Assembly: GCA_028866275.1 (NCBI GenBank)
Contig: JAGWIK010000001.1
Location: forward strand, 139,306 to 203,305
Length of the DNA: 64,000 bases
Direction of reading: 5' to 3'
Source of the DNA: Alphaproteobacteria bacterium
GTDB lineage: Bacteria > Pseudomonadota > Alphaproteobacteria > UBA9219
A model generated the notes under the pieces. The model did no database searches and was not told the DNA's origin. It saw only the letters and a list, made by a program, of their open reading frames with translations. Shown piece after piece: positions 59,799 through 64,000 of this stretch. The translations under genes were made by a program, and so were the position numbers. Numbering within the stretch: position 1 is the first letter of the stretch; every line of letters begins with the position of its first letter.

Positions 59799-60548
59799 AT
59801 GACCAAGAAACTAGAAGGCAAAACCGCCGTCGTCACCGGCGCGTCCAAGGGCATCGGCGCAGCCATCGCCAGGGATCTGGCGGCGGCGGGCGCGCGCGTC
59901 GTCGTTAATTATGCATCCAGCAAGGAAGGCGCTGAAAAAGTAGTCGCCGATATCGTGGCCAAGGGCGGCAAGGCGGTCGCCGTTCACGGCGATATGTCGA
60001 AAGCGGCGGATGTGGCGCATCTGTTTGCCGAAACCAAGAAATCCTATGGCGGGCTGGATATCCTTGTGAACAATGCGGGCATTTATAAATTCGCGCCGCT
60101 TGAAGAGGTGACCGAAGAGTTGTTCCACAGCCAATTCAATCTCAACGTTCTGGGGCTTTTGATGGCGACCAAGGAAGCGGTCAAGCTGTTTGGCGACAAG
60201 GGCGGCAGCGTGATTAATATCAGTTCCACCGTCACGCGCATTACGCCGCCGCATTCGTCCGTGTACAGCGCGACCAAGGGCGCGGTCGATGCCATCACCG
60301 GCGTTCTGGCCAAGGAACTGGGGCCGCGCAAGATCCGCGTCAATGCGATCAATCCCGGCTTGATCGCAACCGAAGGCACGCATGTCGGCGGCATGTCGGA
60401 AGGCGATATGAAGGGATGGATCGAAGCGACGGCGCCGCTGGGACGCATTGGTCAGGTCGATGATATCGCCCCGACGGCTGTGTATCTGGCGTCGGATGAT
60501 TCCAAATATATGACGGGACAAACCTTGTTCGTCAGCGGCGGGCTGTAA
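59799..60548 (+). CDS. SDR-family oxidoreductase
   Basis: TGASKGIGAA cofactor motif, NNAG, and YSATKGA catalytic YxxxK. 249 aa. Confidence 0.88.
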   Translation: MTKKLEGKTAVVTGASKGIGAAIARDLAAAGARVVVNYASSKEGAEKVVADIVAKGGKAVAVHGDMSKAADVAHLFAETKKSYGGLDILVNNAGIYKFAPLEEVTEELFHSQFNLNVLGLLMATKEAVKLFGDKGGSVINISSTVTRITPPHSSVYSATKGAVDAITGVLAKELGPRKIRVNAINPGLIATEGTHVGGMSEGDMKGWIEATAPLGRIGQVDDIAPTAVYLASDDSKYMTGQTLFVSGGL

Positions 60549-60567
60549 GCCTGCATCCCAAAAATAA

Positions 60568-60597
60568 AGCCCCCGGGAAACCGGGGGCTTTTGTTTT
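60568..60597. terminator. Bidirectional rho-independent terminator (SDR gene / phasin gene)
   Basis: gcccccgg-gaaa-ccgggggc with a T-run on one side and an A-run on the other. Confidence 0.65.
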
Positions 60598-60615
60598 TCA
60601 GGCGCGGATTCAGAA

Positions 60616-61029
60616 TTATCCGACTTTGGCCTTTTTCATCACGGTCGTCATGGTGTCGTTGGCATGCTGGGTCAACGGATCGAACGTGTTCTTGGCCAGA
60701 CGCATCGACATTTCGGCCAGTTTGCTGCTGTTGGCGATCATGCCGTCAAAACAATCCTTCATGAATTCGGCCTGTGTTTCCGCGGCTTCCTGCGGGGTTT
60801 TGGCCGACATCATGGATTTGATCGCCGACACGGCGCGGGCGTAGGACTCCTGCATCGTGCCGCCCATGTCGCGGGTCATTTCTTCAATGCCCTGCCATGC
60901 GGCGGTGCTGGACTTCGTCGCGGCATTGACATAGGCGGACGTTGCCGCGTTGACTTGCTCGTAAGCTTGGGTCAGATTTTCGGTGAATTTGTTGGCATCG
61001 TTGGCGGCAAAGGTCATGACGAACTCCAT
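60616..61029 (-). CDS. phaP: Phasin family protein (PHA granule-associated)
   Basis: 137 aa, alpha-helical with phasin-like composition (FTENLTQAYEQVNAATSAYVNAATKSS...). Confidence 0.75.
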   Translation of the reverse strand: MEFVMTFAANDANKFTENLTQAYEQVNAATSAYVNAATKSSTAAWQGIEEMTRDMGGTMQESYARAVSAIKSMMSAKTPQEAAETQAEFMKDCFDGMIANSSKLAEMSMRLAKNTFDPLTQHANDTMTTVMKKAKVG

Positions 61030-61074
61030 GCATGAATAAAAAGTGGAAGCTGTGCGATAGAATGTTCAACCGCA

Positions 61075-61095
61075 GGTTTGCGTGCACTGCACTAT
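61075..61095. promoter_or_regulatory. Candidate PhaR-type operator (TGC-N3-GCA repeats) upstream of the phasin gene
   Basis: gtTTGCGTGCACTGCACtat lies 46-66 nt upstream of the phasin start. It contains overlapping TGC-N3-GCA units, as described for PhaR boxes. Confidence 0.3.
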
Positions 61096-61268
61096 ATGTA
61101 ATCACTGGTCATATTGTCAAACGCTATCGGTAGAACTTAAAATTAAAAAACCCTTATTTTATTGCATCGGCGAATAAGCGCTTGCCAAGCGGGGGCGATG
61201 GGGATTCTTATAAACCGGTCGCGAATCAAGAACCCGTGTTCTGCGGGTGCTGCAGAAAACCGGACGGC

Positions 61269-62585
61269 ATGAAAAAACAGAATTTTATCATATTTATCAT
61301 GGCATTGTGCTTGTCCTTCGGGGCTACGCCGGCCAGTGCGGCTTCGCATCACGCGCATCACCACCACACGCGGCATCATCCCCATCCGTGGGTGCAAAGC
61401 GGCGACAATCCGCGTTATGCCGATATCGTGATCGATGCCGATACCGGACGCATCATTCACGAAACAGATCCGAACGGGCTGCGGCATCCCGCATCTTTGA
61501 CCAAGATGATGACGCTGTATCTGACCTTCGAAGCGCTGGAATCCGGGCGTTTGCGGCTTGACCAATATGTGCCGGTGTCTCTTAACGCGTCGCAACAATC
61601 GCCCTCCAAGCTGGGGCTGCGTCCCGGCCAAAGCGTCAAGGTCGAGGATTTAATTCTCGGCATGGTCACGAAATCGGCGAACGATGCCGCTGTGACCATG
61701 GGCGAAACGCTGGGCGGCAGCGAGGCCGGATTCGCCAAAATGATGATGGCGCAGGCGCGCGCGCTGGGCATGTCGCGCACAGTGTATCGCAACCCGTCGG
61801 GGCTGCCCAACCCCGATCAGGTCACGACGGCGCACGATATGGCGATACTGGGCGACGCGCTGGTGCACCATTTCCCCGAATATTATCATTATTTCAATTG
61901 CGACGGCTTCACCTTCGAAGGCATTTACCGCCATACGCATAATCATCTTAAAGACCGTTATCCCGGCATGGACGGCATCAAGACCGGCTATATCCGCGCG
62001 TCGGGATTCAACCTCGTGGCGTCGGTCAAGCGTAACGGCATTCGATTGATCGGCGTGGTGTTCGGCGGCACATCCGCGGTCGAACGCGACAATCATATGG
62101 CACAGCTTCTCGACGCCGCGTTTGCCAAAGACGAAGCCGATATCCGCGAAGCCCGGATCGACAAGGCGCAAGGGCAGGGCGATGCGGATGCCGATGCCGG
62201 CGATGCCCATTACGTGACGTTGCCCGCCAAAATTGCCGCCGTATTTCCACCGCGCAACCTTGCGCCGGCGCAAGCTGTTCCGGCGCAACCCGAACATGCC
62301 TCCGTCACCGTGGTTCAGCCCGCCGCCGTTCCCGACGCCGCGCATCGCTGGGGCATTCAGATCGGGGCGTACAGCGACCCCGCCATCGGGCGGCAGGCGT
62401 TGGCCAGCCTTGTCGCCGAACTCCCTGACAGGCTCGGTCAGGCGACACCGCAAATTGATCCGGTTGCGGTTGCGGGCACGCAAATGTATCGGGCGCGGTT
62501 GATGAATATGGATCAACAAACGGCGCAGGGCATGTGTTCATACCTTGTTCGCCGCAGCAAAAGCTGTTTGACCGTCGCGCCATGA
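61269..62585 (+). CDS. D-alanyl-D-alanine carboxypeptidase (S11) with His-rich N-terminal stretch and C-terminal SPOR domain
   Basis: Signal peptide, then [17 protein letters not shown], the SxxK site ASLTKMMT, a KTGY-type motif ([10 protein letters not shown]), and a C-terminal SPOR-like RWGIQIGAY...YRARL. Start trimmed to MKKQNF at 61269. Confidence 0.85.
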   Translation: MKKQNFIIFIMALCLSFGATPASAASHHAHHHHTRHHPHPWVQSGDNPRYADIVIDADTGRIIHETDPNGLRHPASLTKMMTLYLTFEALESGRLRLDQYVPVSLNASQQSPSKLGLRPGQSVKVEDLILGMVTKSANDAAVTMGETLGGSEAGFAKMMMAQARALGMSRTVYRNPSGLPNPDQVTTAHDMAILGDALVHHFPEYYHYFNCDGFTFEGIYRHTHNHLKDRYPGMDGIKTGYIRASGFNLVASVKRNGIRLIGVVFGGTSAVERDNHMAQLLDAAFAKDEADIREARIDKAQGQGDADADAGDAHYVTLPAKIAAVFPPRNLAPAQAVPAQPEHASVTVVQPAAVPDAAHRWGIQIGAYSDPAIGRQALASLVAELPDRLGQATPQIDPVAVAGTQMYRARLMNMDQQTAQGMCSYLVRRSKSCLTVAP

Positions 62586-62670
62586 TGGATGTTGCGGAGT
62601 AAGGCCTATACTTGCTAGTAACCAGCGTCCGCAGCCCGGTATGGGCGAACGGCACCCACCCCGAACTCCC

Positions 62671-63396
62671 TTTATGTCCATGCGCCCTTCGACCCGTGCT
62701 TTTGATCAGCTCCGTCCTGTCACGCTCGAATCAGGCTTTGCCAAATATGCCGAAGGATCGTGCCTGATCAAATGTGGCGACACGCATGTTCTGTGCACCG
62801 CCAGCGTCGATGAAAAAGTGCCGCCGTTCCTGCGCAATACCGGTCTTGGCTGGGTCACGGCGGAATACGGCATGTTGCCGCGCGCCACCGCCGAACGCAC
62901 CGACCGTGAAGCCGCCAAGGGCAAGCAATCGGGCCGCACGCAGGAAATTCAAAGGCTGATAGGCCGTTCTTTGCGCGCCGTGGTGGACAGGAAAATCATG
63001 GGCGAAATGCAGATCAAGGTCGATTGCGACGTGCTGCAGGCCGATGGCGGCACGCGGTGCGCGTCGATTACCGGCGGTTATGTCGCGCTGGCTCTGGCGT
63101 GCCGTTATTTGATGAAGACCGGCAAATTGAAGGCAAACCCGCTGACATCGTCGGTTGCGGCTGTTTCCTGCGGCATTTATCAGGGCGAACCCGTGCTTGA
63201 TCTGGATTATGCCGAAGATTCGACGGCCGGAGTCGATGCCAATTTCGTCATGACCGGGGCCGGAGGCATCGTCGAAATCCAGGGCACCGCCGAACATGCG
63301 CCTTTTTCCGAAACCCAGTTCGGCGCGATGCTGAAGCTGGCGCAAAAGGGATTGGCCGAGCTGGCGGCGATGCAGGCAGCGGCCATTGGCGGGTAA
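62671..63396 (+). CDS. rph: Ribonuclease PH
   Basis: RNase PH pattern (LRPVTLE..., [25 protein letters not shown]). Start taken at MSMRPS. Confidence 0.9.
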   Translation, partial: FMSMRPSTRAFDQLRPVTLESGFAKYAEGSCLIKCGDTHVLCTASVDEKVPPFLRNTGLGWVTAEYGMLPRATAERTDREAAKGKQSGRTQEIQRLIGRSLRAVVDRKIMGEMQIKVDCDVLQADGGTRCASITGGYVALALACRYLMKTGKLKANPLTSSVAAVSCGIYQGEPVLDLDYAEDSTAGVDANFVMTGAGGIVEIQGTAEHAPFSETQFGAMLKLAQKGLAELAAMQAAAIGG

Positions 63397-63484
63397 CGTT
63401 TTTTCTTTCCCCTTGCCTAAAAACCGTTCCGGTGTCAGAAAGTCGGCTTGTCAAATTCACCCTCTCTTTCCTCGCTACGGGTAA

Positions 63485-64000
<516 letters not shown>

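Overview
The window looks like a high-GC (about 60-65%) chromosomal segment from an alphaproteobacterium. The basis is gene content, an RpoH-type CTTG-N17-CCTATCT promoter before groESL, a sigma54-type promoter before flgF, and TlpA, phasin/PhaR-like, RodZ and UbiG genes. I did not compute these properties; they are read from the sequence by eye.

Annotation:
- Most of the window is dense core chromosome: ABC-F ATPase (Uup-like), cysS, glmS, mscL, rpmG, photolyase, sppA, murG-murC-murB, flagellar rod and ring genes flgF-flgG-flgA-flgH, ddpX, tkt, gap, xthA, lolA, SRP RNA (ffs), dnaX-ybaB-recR, ETF-ubiquinone oxidoreductase, prmC-prfA-(hypothetical)-ispG-rodZ, lysC, ubiG, groES-groEL, phasin, a D,D-carboxypeptidase, rph and the start of mreB.
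- A chemoreceptor/lipoprotein pair sits next to the flagellar block.
- The left ~5.8 kb is clearly more AT-rich. It carries an enolase-superfamily enzyme, a formylglutamate-amidohydrolase-family protein, a histidine phosphatase, a membrane hypothetical and a frameshifted M48/HtpX-like peptidase. It ends at a 29-nt fragment of a tRNA 3' end with its own terminator hairpin. I read this as a tRNA-integrated genomic-island boundary.

Leads, in order of interest:
- A copper-type periplasmic module: a DUF2946 Met-rich protein, an outer-membrane barrel with a CACGCG N-terminal motif, and a TlpA thioredoxin.
- The island boundary and the HtpX-like pseudogene.
- A 72-bp palindromic element inserted in frame into prmC (RPE-like).
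- A chemoreceptor with no sensory domain, translationally coupled to a 443-aa lipoprotein.
- Two tandem, translationally coupled paralogous lipoproteins in an AT-rich islet.
- An MscL with a C-terminal zinc ribbon.
- SRP RNA, which is outside the ORF track.

No CRISPR array, rRNA or intact tRNA was seen.
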